NCBI GenBank assembly: GCA_900234795.1
Contig: LT962688.1
Span: forward strand, 1,230,001-1,262,000
Length of the DNA stretch: 32,000 nt
From: Methylorubrum extorquens
GTDB taxonomy: Bacteria; Pseudomonadota; Alphaproteobacteria; Rhizobiales; Beijerinckiaceae
Direction: 5' to 3'
Notes under the pieces: model-generated
The model's input: the letters and a program-made list of their open reading frames with translations, nothing else
Databases searched by the model: none
Told to the model about the DNA's origin: nothing
Program-made: the position numbers and the translations under genes
Part shown: positions 1-7,356 of the stretch, piece by piece
How the letters are laid out: the number at the start of each line of letters is the position of its first letter
How positions within the stretch are numbered: the first letter of the stretch is position 1

Positions 1-2800
1 GGATATCGAGGTCATTGAGGATGGTCTGGCCTTCGAGCGTGACGTCGAAGACGCGCTGGCCCGGATTGCTCCACCACAATTCGCCGAAGCGCAGCTCGAC
101 CGTGTAGGCCTGGCTCGCGCTGGCCACGGGGATCGCGTAGCTGAAATTGCCGTAGCGCTCGGTCTGGTAGACGGTGTTGGTGAAGGCCGATTGCAGGCCG
201 TTGCCGCCGGTGCTGTCGATGAAGGTGGCGCCGCCGGTGAAGTACTGGTCGGCCGAGAAGCCGATCCCGTCCTGCGTCAGCGCCCCGCCGCCGGTGTTGA
301 TCGCCGCAACGACCGGGTTCGTGGTGCCCGATTTGGCGGTGGTGGTGATGGTGACCCCATCGAAATCGGCGGTGAAGGCCTCGCCGTCGTTGGAGGTGGC
401 GAGCAGGCCCACCGCCATCCCGCTCGCCTTGCCGCCGACGGTGTAGTCGCCCTGGATCGCCTTCAGCAGCGCGCTGCCGCTCGGCACGCTCAGGCTGGTG
501 CCGGCGGTGAAGGCGGCGTTCGCGTCGGTGGCGGAGGAGACCGCCCCGGTGCCGAAGCGCCAGTACGGCGTCACCGTGTTGGTCTCGAGATTGACCGCGA
601 GGCGCAGCTGCACCCAGCTCGCGCTCGTCGCACTCAGGAGCGCGTTGTTGGTGACCGCGCTGGTTTGGGCGACGCCGAGATTCTCCATCGAGGTCTCGAA
701 GATCGCGCTGGTATACTTGCCCCCCGCACTCTCGCCGCGCCCGCCGAGCACCAGCTTGATGAAGTTGTCCTGGTCGCCCGTGCCGATCTGCAGGCCCGCC
801 GAGGGGAAGCCGCCGTTGCTCGTGGCGTTCGGTATCCAGTTCGCCATCGTCATGGTGACGTTGGCGGTCGCCACGCTGTCATCGAAGGTGACGCCGGCCT
901 GCAACGCGTCCTTGAGGGTGTTGTTGCCTTCCGTGAAGTCGCCCTCCTGCACGTTCTTCAACTGGATGACGCCGCCCGCGCCGCCCGCGATGATGTTGGC
1001 CGAGGTGTAGAGGCCGCCGTCGAGGAACGGGTCGAGCCCGTTGATCATCGCGCCGGTGAGCCCACTGCCGCCGAACGTGCCGGGAAGCGAGCCGGATTCG
1101 AAGTTGAACACGACCGTTTCGCCGCCGGAGATCACGTCGGTGCCCGCGGTGCCGTTGTCGGGGTCGAGGGCAAAGGGGTCGAGCGTGTTGTTGATCCCGT
1201 CGCCGTCGAGATCGAGGTTCTGCGGGTTGGTGGGGCCCGGGGTCAGCACCTTGATGTTGCCGTCGGCCAGCGTGGTGACCCAGACGGTGCCGGCGAACGG
1301 CTTGCCGTCGCCGACCGCATCGATGCCGAGCGGGGCGCCGCCGCCCATCGGCACGACCTGCTTGTCCGCTGCCACGATCTGGCCCGCGGCGCCGACAGCG
1401 GTGTCGACCCCGCCCGAGGCATTGCGCGGGATGATGTGGAGATAGCCCGCCAGATCCGTGACGAGGATGGCGCCCTTGATGCTCGTGGTGCCGCCGTCGG
1501 CCGTCGCCCAGGTGGTCGAGGCGGTGTATTCGGCCAGCCCGTTGAGCGAGCCCTGGCCGGTATCGAGCGCCCCGTCGCTGATGCCGCCCTCGAAGAACAC
1601 GCTCTCGCGCGGGTCGGCGGTGCCGGCCGGGATCACCGAGTCGAAATCGGCGGGCAGGCCGGCGCTGCCATGGGGCAGGAAGGTCGCCCCTGTCACGCCC
1701 GCCCCCGGCGTCAGCAGCCAGCCGGCTTGGCCGCCTACCGCCCGCACGAGGTTGGGGTGGCCGCCGTAATAGCCCTCCCCCGTGATCTCGTGGAGTTGGT
1801 CGTAGTTGAGCCGCTTGGTGCCGCCGTCCTGGTCGGCCGTGTTGAGCGGGATCTGGTTCTGGTTGGTCACGACGTTGCCGGCGGCATCCGACGGGCGCCC
1901 GCCCCAGCCATTGTTGGCGCCGTTGTCGTAGGTGAACATCTTGCCGTCGGAGGTCAGCAGCACGTCGTAGGCGTTGCGGTAGCCGGGCGAGTAGATCTGC
2001 ACCGGGCTGTCGGCGGTGATCTTGGCCATGTTGAACCCGTCGCGCCCGCCGAACGGGCCGCTGACATCCGAGCCGTCCGGGTTCTCGTTGCCGGCCGTCC
2101 CGTTATTGGGGCGGTAGGGATCGTCGAGGGTCGGCAGGTCGTAGAGGTAGGGGTTGAGCCCGTTCGGATTCTTCAGCGTCATGGCGTCGAGCGCCGTGAG
2201 ATCGACCTTGAGCACGGCCGCCGCGTAGGCGAATTCCGGCAGGCCGGCGAAATTGTTGGAGGGCGCGCCGGCATTGGTGTTGCCGCCCACCGCCACGTAG
2301 AGCGTCTTGCCGTCGGGCGAGATCGCCATGCCGTTGGCGGAGTGGTTCTCCTCCGAGCGGGGCAGGCCGCGCACGAGATCGACCTTCTTCCACGTGTCGG
2401 TCGCGGAATCGAAGGTGAGGCGCGAGATGATCGAGGAATTGGTGTCGAGATTGGTGTCCTCGCCGCCATTGCCTGCGCCGATGCGCGGGTCGCTCGAGGT
2501 GACGTAGAGGACGGGGTTGTCGGCCGTGCCGGTGACGAGGATGCCGGTGACCTGCCGCTCCTTCAGGGTCGCATTCAACGTGCCGTCGTCGTTGTGGTTG
2601 GGCAGGTTGAGGATGAGGTCGATCGTTTCCGTGTTGGTGACGACGTAGCCGTTGCCCTGCTGCGCGACGGTCAGGGCCTTGATGCTGCCGAACCGCTCGG
2701 CGACGTAGAGCCGTCCGTCCGGGCCCCACTGCAGAGCCGAGGCCAGCCCCGAGTAACCGGCAAGTGTTGACTGAGAAAACGTGACGTCGGCCATGGTCAT
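1..2800 (-). CDS. Large extracellular-type protein, 3' end cut by the window edge: soluble glucose/sorbosone-dehydrogenase-like beta-propeller, thrombospondin-type-3-like Asp-rich Ca-binding repeats, and a malectin-like carbohydrate-binding domain
   Basis: My own translation of the minus strand is open from ATG 2800 (second ATG at 2794) to position 2. It is absent from the ORF track because it has no stop in the window. GAGGGGG Shine-Dalgarno lies at 2801-2807. N-terminus: MTMADVTFSQSTLAGYSGLASALQWGPDGRLYVAERFGSIKAL. Later NHSANGMAISPDGKTLYVAVGGNTNAG (propeller-like), DLDGDGINNTLDPFALDPDNG (Ca-binding repeat) and, at the window edge, AINTGGGALTQDGIGFSADQYFTGG...YQTERYGNFSYAIP...YTVELRFGELWW...GQRVFDVTLEGQTILNDLDI (malectin signature). 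GC3 is very high in this frame. Confidence 0.8.
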   Translation of the reverse strand, partial: MTMADVTFSQSTLAGYSGLASALQWGPDGRLYVAERFGSIKALTVAQQGNGYVVTNTETIDLILNLPNHNDDGTLNATLKERQVTGILVTGTADNPVLYVTSSDPRIGAGNGGEDTNLDTNSSIISRLTFDSATDTWKKVDLVRGLPRSEENHSANGMAISPDGKTLYVAVGGNTNAGAPSNNFAGLPEFAYAAAVLKVDLTALDAMTLKNPNGLNPYLYDLPTLDDPYRPNNGTAGNENPDGSDVSGPFGGRDGFNMAKITADSPVQIYSPGYRNAYDVLLTSDGKMFTYDNGANNGWGGRPSDAAGNVVTNQNQIPLNTADQDGGTKRLNYDQLHEITGEGYYGGHPNLVRAVGGQAGWLLTPGAGVTGATFLPHGSAGLPADFDSVIPAGTADPRESVFFEGGISDGALDTGQGSLNGLAEYTASTTWATADGGTTSIKGAILVTDLAGYLHIIPRNASGGVDTAVGAAGQIVAADKQVVPMGGGAPLGIDAVGDGKPFAGTVWVTTLADGNIKVLTPGPTNPQNLDLDGDGINNTLDPFALDPDNGTAGTDVISGGETVVFNFESGSLPGTFGGSGLTGAMINGLDPFLDGGLYTSANIIAGGAGGVIQLKNVQEGDFTEGNNTLKDALQAGVTFDDSVATANVTMTMANWIPNATSNGGFPSAGLQIGTGDQDNFIKLVLGGRGESAGGKYTSAIFETSMENLGVAQTSAVTNNALLSATSASWVQLRLAVNLETNTVTPYWRFGTGAVSSATDANAAFTAGTSLSVPSGSALLKAIQGDYTVGGKASGMAVGLLATSNDGEAFTADFDGVTITTTAKSGTTNPVVAAINTGGGALTQDGIGFSADQYFTGGATFIDSTGGNGLQSAFTNTVYQTERYGNFSYAIPVASASQAYTVELRFGELWWSNPGQRVFDVTLEGQTILNDLDI

Positions 2801-2828
2801 CCCCCTCGCGCCAGACTTGAGATCAGGC

Positions 2829-2851
2829 TCAACATCAGAATCAACATCAGA
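2829..2851 (-). promoter_or_regulatory. Tandem 11-bp direct repeat (TCAACATCAGA, 1-nt spacer, TCAACATCAGA), 30-50 nt upstream of the start of the 1-2800 gene
   Basis: Exact repeat read at 2829-2839 and 2841-2851, a 12-bp period. Direct repeats with roughly one helical turn of spacing are typical winged-helix (OmpR/PhoB-type) binding sites. The function is inferred only. Confidence 0.3.
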
Positions 2852-3315
2852 CTTGGGGCCGACCGTATCCGCGCCGGATCCGGGCTTCATGCGCGCAGCG
2901 GTATTCCGCGGCGCTCTTCCGGGCTAGGGCGCTCTCCACCGAAGTGGATACCAGTTCAGCGAAAGAGCAGGCCTCGGAACAAGGAGTAAGAGGCGTTCTC
3001 GATTGCACCATGCCGGGCGCGGAGCATTTGGGCATCGTCTCGCCGAACGGGCTCCGGACGATGCGTGCGGGTTCTCGGGCGCGGCCTCGGATTCAAGGCA
3101 TCTGCCGGGGGGGGGCCGCCCGCGTCGTCCCTGTCGGCATTCCGAGCGGTTCCGGCCCGCTCGATCCGTGGCGCGCACGACGCGGCTTTCGCCTGGGGGA
3201 CCGAGCCATCACCGGCAGAGGATTGCGCGAGCCGGGATCGCCGAGCGCCGGCCGAGCCTCGCGCGCGAGGAGGGCGGGCCGCTTTTTCGCGCGGCCGTCA
3301 GCGGCCGGGATGGGT

Positions 3316-3507
3316 TCAGATGTAGTGGCGGTAGACGATGGAGCGGGTCGTCTCGTCGCCATCGCCATCGCGGTCGGCCTTCGCCGTCCGGTCGGCCGAG
3401 AGGCCGATCACCGATACGAGCGCGAGCGGAATCACCTTGGGCGAGAGGCGGGCAACATGGCGCGCTGCGGATGCAAGGCCACGCGCGAACCGAAGCAGAA
3501 TCGTCAT
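3316..3507 (-). CDS. Small secreted protein (63 aa) with signal-peptide-like N-terminus and an acidic DRDGDGDE motif
   Basis: ORF track: MTILLRFARGLASAARHVARLSPKVIPLALVSVIGLSADRTAKADRDGDGDETTRSIVYRHYI. AAGGGAGA Shine-Dalgarno lies about 7 nt upstream of the ATG on the minus strand (reverse complement of 3508-3525). I recognise no homologue. Confidence 0.4.
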   Translation of the reverse strand: MTILLRFARGLASAARHVARLSPKVIPLALVSVIGLSADRTAKADRDGDGDETTRSIVYRHYI

Positions 3508-3635
3508 GCGCAGGATCTCCCTTCGCCGGCACGCGTGCCACGATGCCCCATCGGTGATGCCGTTTTGTGTCAGAAATCGGCAGGACGTCGCCTCGGAGCG
3601 CCGCCGCCCGCTCGAGCGGGCGGCGATGCCTTGCG

Positions 3636-3734
3636 TCAGGACGCGGAACGAAGACGCCCGAACGCCCAGGCGCCGAACGCAAGAGCCCCCACGGGGGCAA
3701 GAAGAAGAGCCATCACGGTCAGCATGCTCGTCAT
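3636..3734 (-). CDS. Putative 32-aa single-pass membrane peptide
   Basis: Internal ATG at 3734 of track ORF 3636-3986 gives MTSMLTVMALLLAPVGALAFGAWAFGRLRSAS. It is preceded by GAGGGAGG about 10 nt upstream. Same strand as, and just upstream of, the 63-aa ORF. Confidence 0.3.
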   Translation of the reverse strand: MTSMLTVMALLLAPVGALAFGAWAFGRLRSAS

Positions 3735-4090
3735 TAAGGGTCGGCCTCCCTCGCCGAATGGGTTCGCCTCCTGATCACCCAGGATCGTGGAACCGTTGCG
3801 CGCCCCTAACATGAAATATGGTTCAAGACACCGGTGAGACCGATCACTATTGCGCCAGATCGTGCGCCGCCTTGCGGGCCATGCCCGTCGCTCCGTCGCG
3901 ACATCGCGTCTCGGCAGTGATCGAGCGCCCTGGAGCGCTTTTCGACGAAACAGGCGCCGGTTCGGACAAAAGTCGCGTTTCAACAATGGCTTAGAGACGA
4001 AAGCCTGATGCCATCAGGCCGGATACGGCTCTCATCGGGCCAAAGACCTCCCGCTGGAACAGGGCGCGAAATCCGGCCTATGTCCCGATT

Positions 4091-4106
4091 TGGCACAGAG
4101 CACGCT
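4091..4106 (+). promoter_or_regulatory. Sigma-54-like -24/-12 element (TGGCAC-N7-GCT)
   Basis: TGGCACagagcacGCT keeps the GG-N10-GC spacing of the TGGCACG-N4-TTGCW consensus, but the TT before GC is AC. It lies about 50 nt upstream of ATG 4155. Confidence 0.25.
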
Positions 4107-4154
4107 GGCATCCCGCTCGCACCGGGGGGCCGAGTCGTATCGAATGAGCCGTCG

Positions 4155-4433
4155 ATGTTTCCCAAACTCGTCGGAACCGCCGCGCTCCTCGCGGCCGGAT
4201 CCGTGCTTCTTCATAGCTGGAATGCACCGCGCTGGGCGATCACGGCCCTGTGCGTGATCGGCACCCTTGCGGCCGCGCTGTCCCTTGCTCCCATTCTGGA
4301 GCAGCCGATCGCCCCGGCCGCGGTCATGCCGGCCCCCGAGGCGCTGAAAGGCCCGGCTCCGGTCTTCGAGGGAATCTGGGATCCGGTCCATCGCCGGCAG
4401 CTCTTGGGCGAGGCGGACCGAACCGGTCTGTAG
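4155..4433 (+). CDS. Hypothetical small membrane protein (92 aa)
   Basis: Internal ATG of track ORF 4008-4433: MFPKLVGTAALLAAGSVLLHSWNAPRWAITALCVIGTLAAALSLAPIL..., with two hydrophobic segments. GC3 is moderately high. No clear Shine-Dalgarno, so the start is uncertain. Confidence 0.4.
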   Translation: MFPKLVGTAALLAAGSVLLHSWNAPRWAITALCVIGTLAAALSLAPILEQPIAPAAVMPAPEALKGPAPVFEGIWDPVHRRQLLGEADRTGL

Positions 4434-4633
4434 CGCGTCGTCCCGCGACCGTTATCCGAACTGATGTGACCGATGCAGAACCGCAACAGCACAGGAAAAT
4501 ATCAGATAGTAAAAATGGTTGCGCGCAAACAGGATCGAGCGTTCAAGTATTTGTATTTATAACAGTTATAAAACATAGATCTTGCATGCATCATTCGGTG
4601 TTTGTCATACGCAGGCACAACTCGTTGTGTCCT

Positions 4634-4654
4634 CTTAGGTTTTTATAACCTAAG
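4634..4654. promoter_or_regulatory. Perfect 8-bp inverted repeat CTTAGGTT-N5-AACCTAAG, 20 nt upstream of the TonB-dependent receptor start; candidate metal-responsive operator
   Basis: Read directly at 4634-4641 and 4647-4654. It sits in a roughly 185-bp AT-rich island that also contains CACAAC-TC-GTTGTG (4616-4629) and TGCATGCA (4583-4590). Confidence 0.35.
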
Positions 4655-4674
4655 TTAAAAGCGTACCGGAAAAG

Positions 4675-7032
4675 ATGTTCGAAGATCGCGCCGTTTCTGC
4701 TCGGCCGGCTCCGCGTGCGGGCCAAATCGCGCGCCTGCTCGCCTCGACCTTCCTGTCGGGAACGGCCCTGCTCGGCCTCGCCGTGCCGGGCCTCGCACAG
4801 GAGGCGGCCGGCGCCGTCGAACTGTCCGAGTTGAGCGTGACCGGCGAGGGCCGCGGCGCCACGCTCGGCGGCGCGCTATACGGCCCCGGCGGCGCCCAGG
4901 GCGCCGTGCCGGGCTACGTCGCCAGCCGCAGCACCGTCGCGACCAAGACCGACACGCCGATCCTGGAAACGGCCCAGTCGATCTCCGTCATCGGCCGCAA
5001 GCAGATCGAGGACCAGAACGCGCTCAGCATCAACCAGGCCCTGCGCTACACCCCGAGCGTCACCACCGAGCAGCGCGGCGGCGCCGGCTCGACCCGGCTG
5101 GAGCAGTTCCTGATCCGTGGCTTCAACGCGCCGGTCTTCCTCGACGGCATGGCGCTGATCGGCGGGCGCGACGCCAACGCCACGATCGAGCCCTACCGGC
5201 TGGAACGCATCGATGTCATCAAGGGCCCGGCCTCGGTGCTCTACGGGCAGTCGGGCCCAGGCGGCATCGTCAACCTCGTGTCGAAGGTGCCGCAATTCGT
5301 CCGCCACGGCGAAGTCTTCGTCCAGGGCGGCGGCTTCAGCGAGGTGCGCGGCGGCGTCGATGTCGGCGGCCCGATCCAATCGGACGTGCCCTGGCTCGCC
5401 GACCAGTTCGCCTACCGCATCGTCGGCTTCGGCTGGAACGGCGACGGCCCCGTGGACACGACCCGGGTCGAGCGCGCGCTGATCAATCCGAGCCTGTCGT
5501 GGCGTCCCTCCGCCGACACCCAGCTCACGATCATCGGCAACTACCAGCGCGATCCGTTCTCGGGCTTCTACGGCGGCTTCCCGGCGGTGGGCACGGTGTT
5601 CCCGCGCAACTTCGGCAACGGCATCATCGGCCGCCTGCCGGTGAACTTCTACGACGGCGACCGCGGCATCGAGCGCTCGGACCGGACCCAGGCCTCGATC
5701 GAGTACCTGTTCGATCACCGCTTCAGCGAGAACCTGCGCTTCCACTCGGCCGGGCGCTACCTGCGCACGCAGGGCGACTACCGCAGCGTCTACAGCGCCT
5801 TCAATCCCCGCAACGGCCCCTTCGCCAGCGGCCCGCTGATCCCGCGCGCGGTCATCGGCACCAACGTGGCGGCGGAAGCCTACACGATGGACAGCAACTT
5901 CGTCGCCAACTTCGACACTGGCTTCATCGCCCACACCGCGCTGCTCGGCGTCGATCACCGCACCTTCAGCACCCGGACGAGCGGCTCCCCGTTCCCGGAT
6001 GCGCCGGACCTGAACGTGCTGGCGCCGAACTACAACATGAATATCGCGGTCCCGGCCTTCAACACGGTCTCGCGGGTCGATGCGCAGCAGACCGGCGTGT
6101 ACTTCCAGGATCAGGCGAAGTTCGACCGTCTCGTGCTGACGCTGGGCGGGCGCTACGACGTCGCGCGCCAGACCGGGCCGACCCGCTCCTTCGCCGCCGG
6201 CAGACCGAGCACCCTGACGCTCCAGAACGCACCGGCCGACGCCTTCACCGGCCGGGCGAGCCTGCTCTACCTGTTCGATTCGGGCGTGGCGCCGTACGTG
6301 TCCTACAGCCAGGCCTTCGAGCCGATCGTCGCGGGCCGCGTGTTCGACCCGGCCTTCGGCACCGTCGGGCGCGTGCCCGATCCGCAATCGAGCGACCAGT
6401 ACGAGGCCGGCATCAAGTACCAGCCGCCCGGCACCGACATCCTGCTCACCGCAGCCTTCTTCGACATCCGCCAGTCGAACCGCACGACTGCGGACCCGGT
6501 GAACGGCAGCGCCTTCGTCGTCCAGACCGGACAGGTCGGGGTGCAGGGCATGGAGTTCGAGGCGCGGGTGAACCTGACCGAGGGCGTCACCCTGGTCGGC
6601 GGCTTCTCGCTCCTCGACATCCGCAACGTCCGCGACGATGGCCGAACCGCCAACGACCTGACTCCCGGTCAGACGGTGCCGCTCCAGGGCCGCAGCCCGG
6701 TTCTGGTGCCGGATTCCACCGCCTCGCTGCTGGCGACCTACCGCTTCAGCGAAGGGCCGCTCCTCGGCCTCGAAGTCGGCGGCGGCGTGCGCTACCTCGG
6801 GCCGTCCTGGGGCGATGCGGCCAACACCTTCAAGGTGCCGGCCAGCGTGCTCGTCGACGCCACGCTCAACTATGACCTGAAGTACCTCGACGCGACGCTC
6901 CAGGGCTTCTCGATGCAGCTGAACGCCAACAACCTCCTCGACGAGCGCTACGTCAGCGGCTGCAACGGCTACACCAGTTGCTATTACGGCCTGCCGCAGA
7001 CCGTCTATGCAACCCTGCGCTATCGCTGGTAG
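4675..7032 (+). CDS. TonB-dependent siderophore receptor (FhuA/FhuE-like outer membrane transporter)
   Basis: 785 aa. Signal peptide ends ...VPGLAQE. TonB-box-like ELSELSVTG, plug motifs (TPILETAQSISVIGRKQIEDQ, RGF, IDVIKGPASVLYGQSGPGGIVN), long beta-barrel, C-terminal ...YATLRYRW aromatic terminus. Confidence 0.95.
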   Translation: MFEDRAVSARPAPRAGQIARLLASTFLSGTALLGLAVPGLAQEAAGAVELSELSVTGEGRGATLGGALYGPGGAQGAVPGYVASRSTVATKTDTPILETAQSISVIGRKQIEDQNALSINQALRYTPSVTTEQRGGAGSTRLEQFLIRGFNAPVFLDGMALIGGRDANATIEPYRLERIDVIKGPASVLYGQSGPGGIVNLVSKVPQFVRHGEVFVQGGGFSEVRGGVDVGGPIQSDVPWLADQFAYRIVGFGWNGDGPVDTTRVERALINPSLSWRPSADTQLTIIGNYQRDPFSGFYGGFPAVGTVFPRNFGNGIIGRLPVNFYDGDRGIERSDRTQASIEYLFDHRFSENLRFHSAGRYLRTQGDYRSVYSAFNPRNGPFASGPLIPRAVIGTNVAAEAYTMDSNFVANFDTGFIAHTALLGVDHRTFSTRTSGSPFPDAPDLNVLAPNYNMNIAVPAFNTVSRVDAQQTGVYFQDQAKFDRLVLTLGGRYDVARQTGPTRSFAAGRPSTLTLQNAPADAFTGRASLLYLFDSGVAPYVSYSQAFEPIVAGRVFDPAFGTVGRVPDPQSSDQYEAGIKYQPPGTDILLTAAFFDIRQSNRTTADPVNGSAFVVQTGQVGVQGMEFEARVNLTEGVTLVGGFSLLDIRNVRDDGRTANDLTPGQTVPLQGRSPVLVPDSTASLLATYRFSEGPLLGLEVGGGVRYLGPSWGDAANTFKVPASVLVDATLNYDLKYLDATLQGFSMQLNANNLLDERYVSGCNGYTSCYYGLPQTVYATLRYRW

Positions 7033-7041
7033 GAGGCCGGC

Positions 7042-7356
7042 ATGGCTTCGCAAGGCAGTGCGCAAGGCAGGACAACGGCGCTCGATCGGGCCTCCGTGGC
7101 CGGCCGGGTCGTGCTGGCGGCGGGCGGCGGCTACGGGATCGCCGCGCTCGCTACCGCGCTGCTGTCGCTGACCCTGCCGATGGCGCGCTCCGAGGCGGTG
7201 GCGACGGCGACCCTGCTCAGCTTCGCCGTGATGGCGGGCATCGTCGTCTTCGTCTTCGCGACGCGCACGCTGCTGCGGGCGCTGCTCACCGTGGCCGGCA
7301 CGGCCCTGGTGCTCGGCGCCCTCCTCTGGCTGGCGATGGGAGGATCCGCGCCATGA
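7042..7356 (+). CDS. DUF3649-like small membrane protein of iron-uptake clusters
   Basis: 104 aa with three hydrophobic segments. Starts 9 nt after the receptor stop behind AGGAGG (7031-7036). Its stop overlaps the next start (ATGA at 7353-7356). The family assignment is from memory of the typical receptor/DUF3649/PepSY-TM/DUF3325 gene order. Confidence 0.7.
   Translation: MASQGSAQGRTTALDRASVAGRVVLAAGGGYGIAALATALLSLTLPMARSEAVATATLLSFAVMAGIVVFVFATRTLLRALLTVAGTALVLGALLWLAMGGSAP

Noticed and set aside
191-2770. 859-aa plus-strand ORF, the longest ORF in this region of the track
   Set aside because: The composition is Gly/Ala/Arg/Val-rich with no recognisable motifs. It is exactly antisense to a minus-strand frame with clear propeller, Ca-repeat and malectin motifs and high GC3. 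This is a typical high-GC shadow ORF.
2944-3774. 276-aa plus-strand ORF and several overlapping 80-180-aa ORFs between 2850 and 3800
   Set aside because: They are Arg/Pro/Gly-rich and mutually overlapping in several frames, with no Shine-Dalgarno and no motif. Only the two short Shine-Dalgarno-preceded minus-strand ORFs were kept, at low confidence.
4876-7065. 729-aa minus-strand ORF
   Set aside because: It is antisense to the TonB-dependent receptor, is an Arg/Ala/Gly-rich artefact and has no domain signatures.
6978-7352. N-terminal 125-aa extension of the PepSY-TM ORF (track start 6978)
   Set aside because: The extension overlaps the end of the receptor gene and the whole DUF3649-like gene. 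It is Arg/Gly-rich. The characteristic PepSY-TM N-terminus begins at ATG 7353, which overlaps the upstream stop.
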